Below the pieces are notes generated by a model. The model did not search any database. It worked only from the letters and a program-made list of their open reading frames with translations, and was not told the origin of the DNA. DNA of 60,323 bases, filler included. It is 5 parts of 5 records of this genome, joined end to end, with 100 filler letters (N's around TTAATTAATTAA, not from the genome) between each part and the next. Parts side by side here need not be neighbours in the genome. Positions count along the whole stretch, not along the records: positions 46,034 to 52,314 come from DRR723986_28563; positions 52,415 to 60,323 come from DRR723986_28570; 3 more parts are not named here. One strand, 5' to 3'. This document shows, one piece after another, positions 49,393 to 58,670 of the stretch. The position numbers and the translations under genes were made by a program. Each line of letters begins with the position of its first letter. Position 1 is the first letter of the stretch.

Positions 49393-50144
49393 GGCGTTTC
49401 TCCAGCTGATTCAGGTTCCCCAACGGCACTTAGGAAATCATTGGTGGTGTTAATAAAGTTATTCATCAGGTTAACTTGATAGAGTGTCCCGTTTTCCCAG
49501 CGATTGAAGATTTTACGAAACGAAACATCTGTGCAGGCCTCATTCATGCTCACCGTCAAGACCAGCGGTGATGTATTCCCCGCAAGCGAATTTTGTGTTT
49601 TATCTGGATCTCGCCGCCCGTAATCCAGAAATGGATGGTTATCGTCAAACTGGTCTTCCATCCGCTGCTGCCACTCGCTGCCGAAATGGATGATCGTGTT
49701 AAGCCTTCTGTCATATTCAGCATAGAGCTGTCGCAGGTGCGCTGGTTGCTGCTCGAGTAATCGCTCTGAGCTATTGAGGGTTTCTGCGGCGCTATTTTCA
49801 AGCCGGGCAGCAAATGTAGTATTTATGTAGGTTAGCGCAACATCCATTCGCTCCCGAGCATCTTGATCATTCCTGCATTCACGCAGGTCTTCGATGGTGT
49901 TTTCAACTGACGTAATAATAGGTTCTATGGTGTTCCGTGACCGGTTGGTCGTCGCGATATTTCGTTTCGCTTCTTCGACCATACGGTCATGCGCTTCGAT
50001 ATATGCCTGATGATCCTGCCGCGTCTCGTTCCAGTTCGCGACCTCGATACCGATATAAACCCCGACAACGACGATGATGAAATCAAGCCCAACCGCGAAC
50101 CAGTTTTGGTCTTTCACGTGTTTTGTAAGTGAGCGCAGGATCAT
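49389..50144 (-). CDS. Conserved-leader paralogue (DUF6090-like single-TM protein)
   Basis: MILRSLTKHVKDQNWFAVGLDFIIVVVGVYIGIEVANWN. Confidence 0.8.
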   Translation of the reverse strand: MILRSLTKHVKDQNWFAVGLDFIIVVVGVYIGIEVANWNETRQDHQAYIEAHDRMVEEAKRNIATTNRSRNTIEPIITSVENTIEDLRECRNDQDARERMDVALTYINTTFAARLENSAAETLNSSERLLEQQPAHLRQLYAEYDRRLNTIIHFGSEWQQRMEDQFDDNHPFLDYGRRDPDKTQNSLAGNTSPLVLTVSMNEACTDVSFRKIFNRWENGTLYQVNLMNNFINTTNDFLSAVGEPESAGETP

Positions 50145-50881
50145 TCTGTGTCTCCTCGATCATCAATAAGTCGAATAATCTCGCGGGCATGCTCTGCGAG
50201 CTCGCGAGTATAGGTTATGTCCTGCAAAGTTGATATTTGCCTGCCCATCAGGATGTTATCCAGCACCCGGTCTTCTGATAGCTCTTTTCTGGAGTTTCCA
50301 ATTTTGGATGGGGCGATTTTGCCATCTGCAATACCCGCTGTCGCAAATACGGAAGCGTAAGCGAGGTGCTCAATATAGTAAGGGTGCATTGTGTTATCAC
50401 GAAATCTGAGCGAATCCTGTTGTACCCGGTTTAGTTGGGATAACTTCTCCTCCCACTGCTCAACTGCGTCGATAAGTGCCGGTGAATTTGTTTTGGTATA
50501 CAGGTCAGACGATAGAGCGGCATCAAGCGAATTTCGCTTTGTGTAGACACCGGTCACCCCAACAGATTGAAAAAACAATTTATCGATTTCCAAATCTGAC
50601 GCCTCGATATCTGGATCACTGAGGAGCGAGCGCAGTTTCGCAATGTCAGCGAACTGAGCCTCATTCTTCTCTATCGTGGATTCATAGCGCTCCAGATTTT
50701 CCGTCATTTCAATCTTAAGTGCCTGCATTTGTCGTTCAAAGGTCGCAAGTTCGCTGCGTTTTTCGGCCATAGAAGAAATCTGGAATGCGATCAATATTCC
50801 GACAACAACGATGAAGAAATCAAGGAACACCGCAAACCAGTTCTGCTCGCGTATCGCATCCGCTAGTCGGCGCAGGATCAT
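50141..50881 (-). CDS. Conserved-leader paralogue (DUF6090-like single-TM protein)
   Basis: MILRRLADAIREQNWFAVFLDFFIVVVGILIAFQI. Confidence 0.8.
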   Translation of the reverse strand: MILRRLADAIREQNWFAVFLDFFIVVVGILIAFQISSMAEKRSELATFERQMQALKIEMTENLERYESTIEKNEAQFADIAKLRSLLSDPDIEASDLEIDKLFFQSVGVTGVYTKRNSLDAALSSDLYTKTNSPALIDAVEQWEEKLSQLNRVQQDSLRFRDNTMHPYYIEHLAYASVFATAGIADGKIAPSKIGNSRKELSEDRVLDNILMGRQISTLQDITYTRELAEHAREIIRLIDDRGDTE

Positions 50882-51582
50882 TATTTTTCCTCGTTTTCAA
50901 ACACAGCTTGATTGCTGTCGTCGAAGTCGAAAGCAGGCACGCAGGTTCTACCGCTCAACGCCAATGCCTCAAGGTTATCCGCCAAACACTTTGCCCAACC
51001 TGCATTGGTTAAAGACTCGCGCTTCCAGGACAATAGAAGGTCCATATAGTTTTCAAACTCGGGTTTCAAACGAGAGCCATCTGCGGTGTAAAATACCGAC
51101 GGGTCTAACTTTAAGCGTGGCAGAATTTCCATTTCCGCAAAGCGGACGTAACGGATGGCTTTTCGCCCAACACCCTCACGTTCGGAATAGTAAAAGGCGA
51201 GCTCAAACATTAGTTTCGGATGCACCAATTCACCCAGTTTCATGTTCAAAAGGGCATCCCATGTCTTGCTAGGCGGCGTATCGGACCCCGGCGTGCGAAA
51301 ATGATACGGGGCAAGGCGCTTGCCCTCATCAAATGCCTTTTGCCAGGCGTCCAGGCCCGCTTGAATCTGGCTGGTATACTGAACTTCATAAGCAATCGAT
51401 GTTCTCAGATCTTCACGCAAGGTTTCCAGCACTTGTTTGGTTCGCGCCTTCTGCTGCCGATCTTCATTCCATTCGGAAACCTGAAGGCCAAGGAAAATAC
51501 CGATCACGACAATTAGGATTTCGATAATGACCGTGAACCAGTTTTGCCCGCGGAGCCCCTCCGCTATGCGCTTGATAATCAT
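50881..51582 (-). CDS. Conserved-leader paralogue (DUF6090-like single-TM protein)
   Basis: MIIKRIAEGLRGQNWFTVIIEILIVVIGIFLGLQVSEWN. Confidence 0.8.
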   Translation of the reverse strand: MIIKRIAEGLRGQNWFTVIIEILIVVIGIFLGLQVSEWNEDRQQKARTKQVLETLREDLRTSIAYEVQYTSQIQAGLDAWQKAFDEGKRLAPYHFRTPGSDTPPSKTWDALLNMKLGELVHPKLMFELAFYYSEREGVGRKAIRYVRFAEMEILPRLKLDPSVFYTADGSRLKPEFENYMDLLLSWKRESLTNAGWAKCLADNLEALALSGRTCVPAFDFDDSNQAVFENEEK

Positions 51583-52314
51583 GGCGCTAACTCCGTCAAT
51601 AAGGCCTGCGTTAACACCTGTGTTTCAACATATTCTTGGCGCAACTTCTTGTTGAATATCGAAACATTGCTTTGCCAAACCTCCCACTTAAGAAGCCATT
51701 GTTGTAACTCTATGTCCTTGCAGGCCTGCTGCATCGGTACATTCAAAACCAGCGGGTAGCGAGGCACCTCATAATCAATCCCAAAGAAAGTGTCTTGCAA
51801 AGTTTCGGCCTGTTTAATGGCAAGTGTAGGTTTGTCCGCAGCCCATGTGTTTAACGAGTCAGGCTCAAATCGTTGTAAAATGCTGCTCGCCAATTCAAGG
51901 AAATATAGCGCGTCGGCAAACTGCTGACGCGCCGCGTTTGTTTGCTTAGCCAACAAAACCGGGTTTGAAGTTAATTCTGTTAATGCCGTTGCACGCAGCT
52001 CAACGCCCCGCGTGCCCCTCACTTGGGCTATACCGGCATTCACTGCATTGATGGCATCTGTACCTTCAGCGCAGGCTAGAAGCGCATCAAGACCCGCGCG
52101 TCCAATGGCAAGATTTCTTTCAATAACGATGGTTTCAGCATCAATCGTGGCTAAGTTTTCACGGGCCTCAACATTAAGCCGCTCTATCGCTTGGTGGTAA
52201 ATACGGTCGTTTGCGCGATCATCGTTCCAGTTAGAAACCTGAATACCAATGAACACACCGAGAACCACGATGAAAATTTCCACGATCACCGTGAACCAGT
52301 TTTGCGTGCGGATC
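51579..52314 (-). CDS. Conserved-leader paralogue (5'-partial)
   Basis: Reads IRTQNWFTVIVEIFIVVLGVFIGIQVSNWN from the contig edge. Confidence 0.8.
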
Positions 52315-52414
52315 NNNNNNNNNNNNNNNNNNNNNNNNNNNNNNNNNNNNNNNNNNNNTTAATTAATTAANNNNNNNNNNNNNNNNNNNNNNNNNNNNNN
52401 NNNNNNNNNNNNNN
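52315..52414. other. Artificial contig linker
   Basis: N-run with TTAATTAATTAA. Confidence 0.98.
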
Positions 52415-52455
52415 TGCCTCTTCCGGTTACTGCAATAATAAGTGTCTCATAACAT

Positions 52456-52498
52456 CTGTCATTTGAGTTTCATCTAACTGACATCTTGCGTTTACGCT
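52456..52498 (+). promoter_or_regulatory. Tandem PhoB boxes with a putative -10 element
   Basis: CTGTCAT-ttga-GTTTCAT-ctaa-CTGACAT (11-bp period, 52456-52484) matches CTGTCAT-N4-CTGTCAT; TACGCT at 52493-52498. Confidence 0.75.
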
Positions 52499-52574
52499 GA
52501 GCCAATAGTGGGGCCGAGACGAGTGGATCGATCCATTCGGAACTTCTCTCAGACTTTCACCTGAAGGTATCAAA

Positions 52575-54071
52575 ATGAAAAAGTCTCTCCTGCTTTCGGC
52601 AGCCGTGGCACTATTGGGCTCTGCAGCCTCCGCCGAAACGCTGCGTATTCCACATGAATTGGGGTATGGCGGATCCGAGTCGATCGACCCGATTTCGCCT
52701 CAGCGTTTTTACGAGGCTATCCAGAACGTGTACTCGCGTTTGGTACGTCAGGGCGATGATGGTCGCCCTTCTGCCGATCTGGCGCTGAGCTGGGAACCAA
52801 CACCAGATGCCAAAGAGTGGACCTTTAAGCTGCGCTCTGATGTGACGTTCCACAACGGCAATGCCTTTACGGCTGAAGACGTGGCATTTTCGCTGATGCG
52901 CACCCAGTCCGAGACAATCGACAGCCCCACCAAAGGCGTGATGGAGGTGATCGATCACGTTGAAGTCGTCGACGCGCTGACCGCCAAAGTGGTTCTGAAA
53001 CAAACCCACGCCGACTTCCCGTTGTTGGTCATGGATTATCGGATCAAGATGCTGGACGCCGAGACCTGCGGCAATGATCTGGATGCGCTGTGCGAAAACG
53101 GCATCGGCACCGGTCCCTATGCGATGGTGAACTATGATCCGTTGGGTACTACGACGCTGAAGCGTTTTGACAACTACTATGGCGGCACTGTTGGTACCGA
53201 AAACATGGAATTGATCGCAATTGCAGATCAGGACGCCCGTGTTGCAGCCCTTCAAGCGGGTCAGATCGACTTCATCTATGCGCTGTCAGCAGAGCAGGTT
53301 CCGCTGTTTGCCAACAACCCGAATTTTACGGTTCAATCGGTTCCGACTGGCCGCTGGGTTGGTCTGGTTATGAACACCCAAGAAGCGCCGTTCAACGACC
53401 CACGTGTGCGCAAGGCCATCCGCATGACGGCCGATCGTGATGCATTGGGTAAACTGGTTTATGGCAAGGGTGGCTATATCACCTCATGTGACCATCCTGT
53501 CTGGTCCGGCGATCAATACCGCACTGAAATCGAATGTGACCGCGACATCGAAGGCGCCAAGGCCTTGCTGGCCGAAGCCGGATATGCCGACGGCCTCACG
53601 GTTGAGCTGTTCGTTTCGGATATCTCTGAGGGCGCCGTGAAAATGGCCGAGGTCCTGCAGAACCAGGCCAAAGACGCGGGTATCACCATCGAACTGGTTC
53701 CTGCCCCTTCAGATGGGTACTGGGGTGACGTTTGGATGAAAGAGCCATTCTTTGCCACCGGCTGGTCCCAGCGCCCAACCGATCAGATCCTCAATGAGGC
53801 CTATCGGTCAACCGCAACCTGGAACGAAACCGCGTGGAACAGCGCCGAGTTTGACGCCAAGCTGGACGCTGCGCGCGGCGAGCTGGATTTTGACAAGCGC
53901 AAAGCGCTGTATGGTGAGCTGCAGAATGAACTGTGGGAAACAGGCGGATCCTTCATCCCTGTCCACCTGAACACAGTCCGCGCCTTCAGCGCCAAGCTGT
54001 CGGGCATCCAGCCGGTCGAAGACTTCTCGATCCGGTACGAAGACGTTGTGAAATCGGCGTCCGGTTCCTGA
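52575..54071 (+). CDS. ABC transporter substrate-binding protein, family 5 (Dpp/Opp/Nik-like)
   Basis: Signal peptide, LA.SW...D..WTFKLR.DV.FHNG..FTAEDV, GTGPY, PF.DPRVRKA. Confidence 0.92.
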   Translation: MKKSLLLSAAVALLGSAASAETLRIPHELGYGGSESIDPISPQRFYEAIQNVYSRLVRQGDDGRPSADLALSWEPTPDAKEWTFKLRSDVTFHNGNAFTAEDVAFSLMRTQSETIDSPTKGVMEVIDHVEVVDALTAKVVLKQTHADFPLLVMDYRIKMLDAETCGNDLDALCENGIGTGPYAMVNYDPLGTTTLKRFDNYYGGTVGTENMELIAIADQDARVAALQAGQIDFIYALSAEQVPLFANNPNFTVQSVPTGRWVGLVMNTQEAPFNDPRVRKAIRMTADRDALGKLVYGKGGYITSCDHPVWSGDQYRTEIECDRDIEGAKALLAEAGYADGLTVELFVSDISEGAVKMAEVLQNQAKDAGITIELVPAPSDGYWGDVWMKEPFFATGWSQRPTDQILNEAYRSTATWNETAWNSAEFDAKLDAARGELDFDKRKALYGELQNELWETGGSFIPVHLNTVRAFSAKLSGIQPVEDFSIRYEDVVKSASGS

Positions 54072-54101
54072 TCCTGATCGGGATTTCCGACATATCTCCC
54101 C

Positions 54102-54133
54102 ACGTGGCCTGTTTTGCAAAAATCAGGCCACGT
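54102..54133 (+). other. Intergenic hairpin after the SBP gene (possible mRNA stabiliser or attenuator)
   Basis: ACGTGGCCTG...CAGGCCACGT inverted repeat. Confidence 0.55.
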
Positions 54134-54164
54134 TGCCTTTTGAATTTCTGAACAGGGCCCACTC

Positions 54165-55115
54165 ATGCCAACCCTCATCCTGCGTCGCTTTGGTTTTGCG
54201 GCGTTCACCGTTGCATTTGTCTCGATTATCATGTTTCTCGCCGTCGAGGCGCTGCCCGGCAACGTGTGTACCTCATTCCTGCAACGGTTCGCACAAGGCC
54301 CACGGCTTGAGCGCTGTATTGAACAACAGGGCCTGAATCGCCCGGCCGTGGTGCGTTATGGCGAATGGGTGGCCGGGGCCGCACAGGGAGATTTCGGCTA
54401 TTCCCTGAAGAAACGCAAACCTATCAACGAGTTGATCTGGCAGCGGTTCCGCAATACCGCCTTGTTGGGCGGGTTTGCTGCGTTGCTGGCGATTCCGCTG
54501 GCGATCTTTTTGGGGATTGCAGCGGGGGTTCGGCGAGATCGGCCGTTAGACCTGTCGTTGTCAGGTGCGGCAATGCTGGCGATGACAGTGCCTGAATTCG
54601 TGACAGCCACGGCGCTGATCTATGTCTTTGCCATCACGCTGCAGTGGTTTCCGGCTGTAACTATCATCTCGCCCGGGGCGGGGTTGATGCAGATGCTGCC
54701 TAATATCGTCCTGCCCGTGATCGTCCTGAGCGCGGTTTTGATCGCCCATATCATGCGAATGATGCGCGCAAGCGTGATTGATGTGATGACCAGCGATTAC
54801 GTGCAGATGGCGCGCCTGAAAGGGGTGCCAGAACGTCAAATCATCTGGAAACACGTTGTCCCTAACGCGATGATTCCGGCCCTAAATGTGATTGCTCTGA
54901 CCATCGCCTGGTTGTTGGCCGGGGTCGTGGTGGTCGAAAAAGTCTTTAATTACCCCGGCCTTGGTACCTTGATGATCCAGGCCATTTTCGACCGCGACCT
55001 GCCAATGGTGCAGGCTATCGCACTGATTTTCTCGGTTATTTACGTGGGCGTGAACTTGCTGGCTGATCTTGCCGCGGTGGCCTTGGATCCCCGTTTGCGC
55101 CGCAAAGGACATTGA
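54165..55115 (+). CDS. ABC transporter permease (DppB-like)
   Basis: GDFGYS, DYVQMARLKG EAA loop, VVEKVFNYPGLG, RDLP. Confidence 0.92.
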   Translation: MPTLILRRFGFAAFTVAFVSIIMFLAVEALPGNVCTSFLQRFAQGPRLERCIEQQGLNRPAVVRYGEWVAGAAQGDFGYSLKKRKPINELIWQRFRNTALLGGFAALLAIPLAIFLGIAAGVRRDRPLDLSLSGAAMLAMTVPEFVTATALIYVFAITLQWFPAVTIISPGAGLMQMLPNIVLPVIVLSAVLIAHIMRMMRASVIDVMTSDYVQMARLKGVPERQIIWKHVVPNAMIPALNVIALTIAWLLAGVVVVEKVFNYPGLGTLMIQAIFDRDLPMVQAIALIFSVIYVGVNLLADLAAVALDPRLRRKGH

Positions 55116-55116
55116 T

Positions 55117-55959
55117 ATGCTGAGCCTCATTCAAAACGTGGCCGCGCGCCCTTCGGGAGCCATTGGCCTGATCCTGACCCTGTTTCATGTGGGCATGGCG
55201 TTGTTGGCACCTTTTCTGGCCCCTTATGATCCTACCATGCAGGATGCGGATGCAATTCTGCGGGCTCCTTCAATGACCCATTGGATGGGCACCGATACGC
55301 TGGGTCGGGATGTGTTTTCCCGTGTGATCTATGGGGGGAGGTTGGCAATTTCCGTGACTTTTGCGGCGGCTGTTATTGCAACGCTCTGGGGCGGGTTCGC
55401 AGGTATCTTTTTTGGCACTGTTGGTGGGCGCGTAGATGAATACTCTATGCGGATTGTTGATGCTTTTTTGTCGATGCCATGGCTGTTGTTTCTGTTGCTG
55501 ATCATCTCAATTGGTGGCGCAGGGCCGGTGACTATCATCCCGACACTTGGGTTTTTCTATGGCGTTGCGGTTTTGCGCGTGGTGCGTGGGGCAGCGATGC
55601 AAGTGGCGGCGCGGGATTTTGTCACCGCAGCCAAAGCACGGGGAGAAAAACTCTGGCCGATCATCACCCGCGAGATGTTCCCGAACTTGTCCGACATCCT
55701 GCTGGTTGAAGGTGCAATGCGGTGGAGTTGGATGCTGTTGGCGTTCTCGTCACTGTCGTTTCTTGGGTTTGGCGCTACGCCGCCCACGCCTGATTGGGGG
55801 CTGATGGTTGCACAAGAGCGCGGACTTTTGTCGACGGCTCCGTGGGGCGTGTTCTGGCCCTGTCTGGCGCTGTCGTCGTTGATCATCGGGATCAATCTGT
55901 TGGCTGATGCTGTGGGCAAGGCGCTTGGCCTTGATCGTGCAACCGCCATTGCTGTGTGA
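55117..55959 (+). CDS. ABC transporter permease (DppC-like)
   Basis: HWMGTD.LGRD, FV.AAKARG, LSFLG.G..PPTPDWG. Confidence 0.92.
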   Translation: MLSLIQNVAARPSGAIGLILTLFHVGMALLAPFLAPYDPTMQDADAILRAPSMTHWMGTDTLGRDVFSRVIYGGRLAISVTFAAAVIATLWGGFAGIFFGTVGGRVDEYSMRIVDAFLSMPWLLFLLLIISIGGAGPVTIIPTLGFFYGVAVLRVVRGAAMQVAARDFVTAAKARGEKLWPIITREMFPNLSDILLVEGAMRWSWMLLAFSSLSFLGFGATPPTPDWGLMVAQERGLLSTAPWGVFWPCLALSSLIIGINLLADAVGKALGLDRATAIAV

Positions 55960-55969
55960 GGGATGTGAT

Positions 55970-58018
55970 ATGACAAAATCATTGATCAAAATCGAGGACC
56001 TGTCACTGGGGTTCGTTGCCAAAGGCGGTCGCGAAGCCCCCATTCTGCGCGGTGTATCGCTGGAACTGGCGGCTGGGGAAACCCTTGGCATTGTGGGCGA
56101 AAGCGGATCGGGGAAATCGACTGTGGCGTTGGCGATGATGGGGTATCTGAAACCCGGCCTGGCCGTGTTTCGTGGGCGCGCCGTGTTTGATGGCCACGAC
56201 ATGTTTGCCTTGCCAGAAAGAGAGCGTGCCAAATTGCGCGGCGGGGCGATTGCATTGATCCCGCAAAACGCTGGACAAGCGCTGACGCCAACGCTGAAGA
56301 TTGGTCAGCAAATTGACGAGGCCCTGAGGCTGCATTCTGATCTAGATGCGACGGGACGTGCAGACCGCGTGATTGAATTGCTGGCCCGTGTGCGCCTGCC
56401 TAGCCCCGCAGATATGGCGCAGCGGTATCCGCACGAATTGTCCGGTGGGCAACAACAACGCGCGGCAGTTGCCATGGCGCTGGCGGGCAATGCCAAAGCG
56501 TTATTGCTGGATGAGCCGACCACGGGATTGGATGTGACAACTCAGGCGCATATTCTCGATTTCCTACGCACATTGGCCCAAGAAATGGGCGTGGCGATGA
56601 TCTACGTCAGTCACGACATGGGCGTGATCGCCCGTGTCGCGGATCGTGTCGCGGTGATGTATGCGGGGCAATTGGCTGAAGAAGGGCCCACGCGTGATGT
56701 TTTGCGTGCGCCAAAGCACCCTTACACGCGCGGTCTGCTGGCCTCGATCCCCCGATTAGGCGATCCCGGAATTCCTGCCTCAATGCCGGGCACACCGCCT
56801 GCAGTTGGATCCGCATTGACGCAATGTGCCTTTGCAGACCGCTGTGCATTGGTGCGTGATGATTGTCGGCAACGCGTGCCGGATCTGCAAAAGATGGGGT
56901 CGTCTCAGGCCCGCTGTCTGCATTCCGACAAACCAGATCGGCCACGCCCGCAAACCCACCGGGAACCAGATGTGCAAGACGCGTCGGCGCTGCAGCTTCG
57001 GGATGTGGCGATCAGCTACAGCAAGCCAGGTCTGCTGGACCGGGTGTTCAAACGCCCACATAAAACGCCGACCGTTGAGCGTGTGGACTTTGACCTCAAA
57101 AAGGGCGAGACTCTTGGGTTAGTTGGCGAAAGTGGCTCTGGTAAATCCACCATTCTGCGGGCCATTGCCGGTCTAGTCGGAACTCAGGCGGGATCGGTGA
57201 CGCTGGGCGATGGCCAAGATTTGAGGTCATCAGTCTCCAGAAGAGATCGCGAAACCCTGCGGCGGGTGCAGATGATTTTTCAGAACGCGGATGCATCCTT
57301 GAACCCGCGCCAGACCATAGGAGAAATCCTTGGAGCGCCGTTGCGGTTGTATCACGGCGTGAAAGGGTCAGAGGCGCAGGCACGGACCAAATCGCTTCTG
57401 GAAGCCGTACGCCTGCCTGCGCGTTACTCGTCCCGCTTTCCTGGACAGTTATCAGGTGGCGAAAAGCAGCGTGTTGGTGTGGCCCGGGCCTTTGCGGCCA
57501 ATCCAGAAGTAACCCTATGTGATGAAGTGACCTCGGCTCTGGATGTGTCGGTACAGGCTGCTGCACTGGCATTGTTGGCTCGATTGCAAAAAGAAAACGG
57601 ATCCTCCTACATTTTTGTCAGTCATGATCTTGCGGTGGTACGGGCCGTGTCGGATCGGGTGGCTGTGCTGTATCAGGGACGGATCTGTGAAATCGGCCCC
57701 GCTGCCGAGGTCTATGCTCCCCCCTATCATCCCTATACGCAAACGCTGATGGGGGCTGTGCTAGAGCCTGATCCAGATGCAACGCTTGCATTGCTGGCAG
57801 ATGACGTGACTGAAAAATCCCCTCCGGCGACGGGTTGCCCGTTCAAGCGGCGGTGTCCTCGCCGTGTTGGATCGATCTGTGACACCACTGTGCCGCCTCG
57901 GCGCCAGATGACGGCTGAGCATGTGATCCACTGCCATTTGGAAACACGAGACCTGATGCCTCAACCCGATGTGACAAACCGTACACATGTTTTGGCGAAG
58001 CCAGAACCGGCGTGCTGA
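55970..58018 (+). CDS. Fused double ABC ATPase (DppD/F-like)
   Basis: Two GESGSGKS Walker A, two LSGG signatures, two HPYT plus Cys-rich C-terminal modules. Confidence 0.93.
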   Translation: MTKSLIKIEDLSLGFVAKGGREAPILRGVSLELAAGETLGIVGESGSGKSTVALAMMGYLKPGLAVFRGRAVFDGHDMFALPERERAKLRGGAIALIPQNAGQALTPTLKIGQQIDEALRLHSDLDATGRADRVIELLARVRLPSPADMAQRYPHELSGGQQQRAAVAMALAGNAKALLLDEPTTGLDVTTQAHILDFLRTLAQEMGVAMIYVSHDMGVIARVADRVAVMYAGQLAEEGPTRDVLRAPKHPYTRGLLASIPRLGDPGIPASMPGTPPAVGSALTQCAFADRCALVRDDCRQRVPDLQKMGSSQARCLHSDKPDRPRPQTHREPDVQDASALQLRDVAISYSKPGLLDRVFKRPHKTPTVERVDFDLKKGETLGLVGESGSGKSTILRAIAGLVGTQAGSVTLGDGQDLRSSVSRRDRETLRRVQMIFQNADASLNPRQTIGEILGAPLRLYHGVKGSEAQARTKSLLEAVRLPARYSSRFPGQLSGGEKQRVGVARAFAANPEVTLCDEVTSALDVSVQAAALALLARLQKENGSSYIFVSHDLAVVRAVSDRVAVLYQGRICEIGPAAEVYAPPYHPYTQTLMGAVLEPDPDATLALLADDVTEKSPPATGCPFKRRCPRRVGSICDTTVPPRRQMTAEHVIHCHLETRDLMPQPDVTNRTHVLAKPEPAC

Positions 58019-58037
58019 TAGCGTAAGAAGAAGATTG

Positions 58038-58670
58038 ATGATTATATTTGACTATGACGGCGTGCTTGCGGATTCATTGACCACCTGTCTGGCTGCGTGC
58101 ACCAAAGCAGCAAATGCACAAGGCTTGGATCTGAATCTGACAAGGGATTCCTTTGCCACATTGGATCCGGTGACCTTCGAAGCGCTGGCCGAGCGGCACA
58201 GCCTTGAACCCGGACAATTTGCGCAGGACGTGACACAAGCAGTATCTAGCTCTGCACAGCAGTCGCCGATATTTGACGGGATTGCGCAATCGTTAACAAC
58301 CTTGGCCAAGGATCATGATCTTTGTGTGGTCAGTGCCAGCCATAGCGGTGTCATCCGCACTGTCCTTGCGACACAAGGGTTGGACCTCTTGATGTCTCGT
58401 ATCATTGGCGGTGAAACACCCGGCCAAAAGTCCGCGAAAATCTCTGGGCTAATCGCGCCGCGATCAGATGGTCCGCATATCATGGTTGGCGATGCAAGCA
58501 GCGATATTCAAGCGGCGCGTACCGCTGGCATCCTAGCCATAGCGGTTACTTGGGGTTGGCAGACGCCGGACCACCTAATGTCCTTTGCACCTGATGCAGT
58601 GGCTGAAACTCCGGCGGTTCTCTCTCAGGTTTGTTTGAAACTCTTGAGCCAGCAAGGGGAAAAAGCATGA
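58038..58670 (+). CDS. HAD-superfamily phosphatase
   Basis: FDYDGVLADS (DxD), VVS, K, MVGD..SD..A, VTWG. Confidence 0.85.
   Translation: MIIFDYDGVLADSLTTCLAACTKAANAQGLDLNLTRDSFATLDPVTFEALAERHSLEPGQFAQDVTQAVSSSAQQSPIFDGIAQSLTTLAKDHDLCVVSASHSGVIRTVLATQGLDLLMSRIIGGETPGQKSAKISGLIAPRSDGPHIMVGDASSDIQAARTAGILAIAVTWGWQTPDHLMSFAPDAVAETPAVLSQVCLKLLSQQGEKA

Noticed and set aside
46034-52314. Classical integron cassette array or CRISPR
   Set aside because: Genes overlap, leaving no room for attC sites; I found no RYYYAAC...GTTRRRY hairpins in the few spacers; the repeats are protein-coding and about 0.7 kb apart
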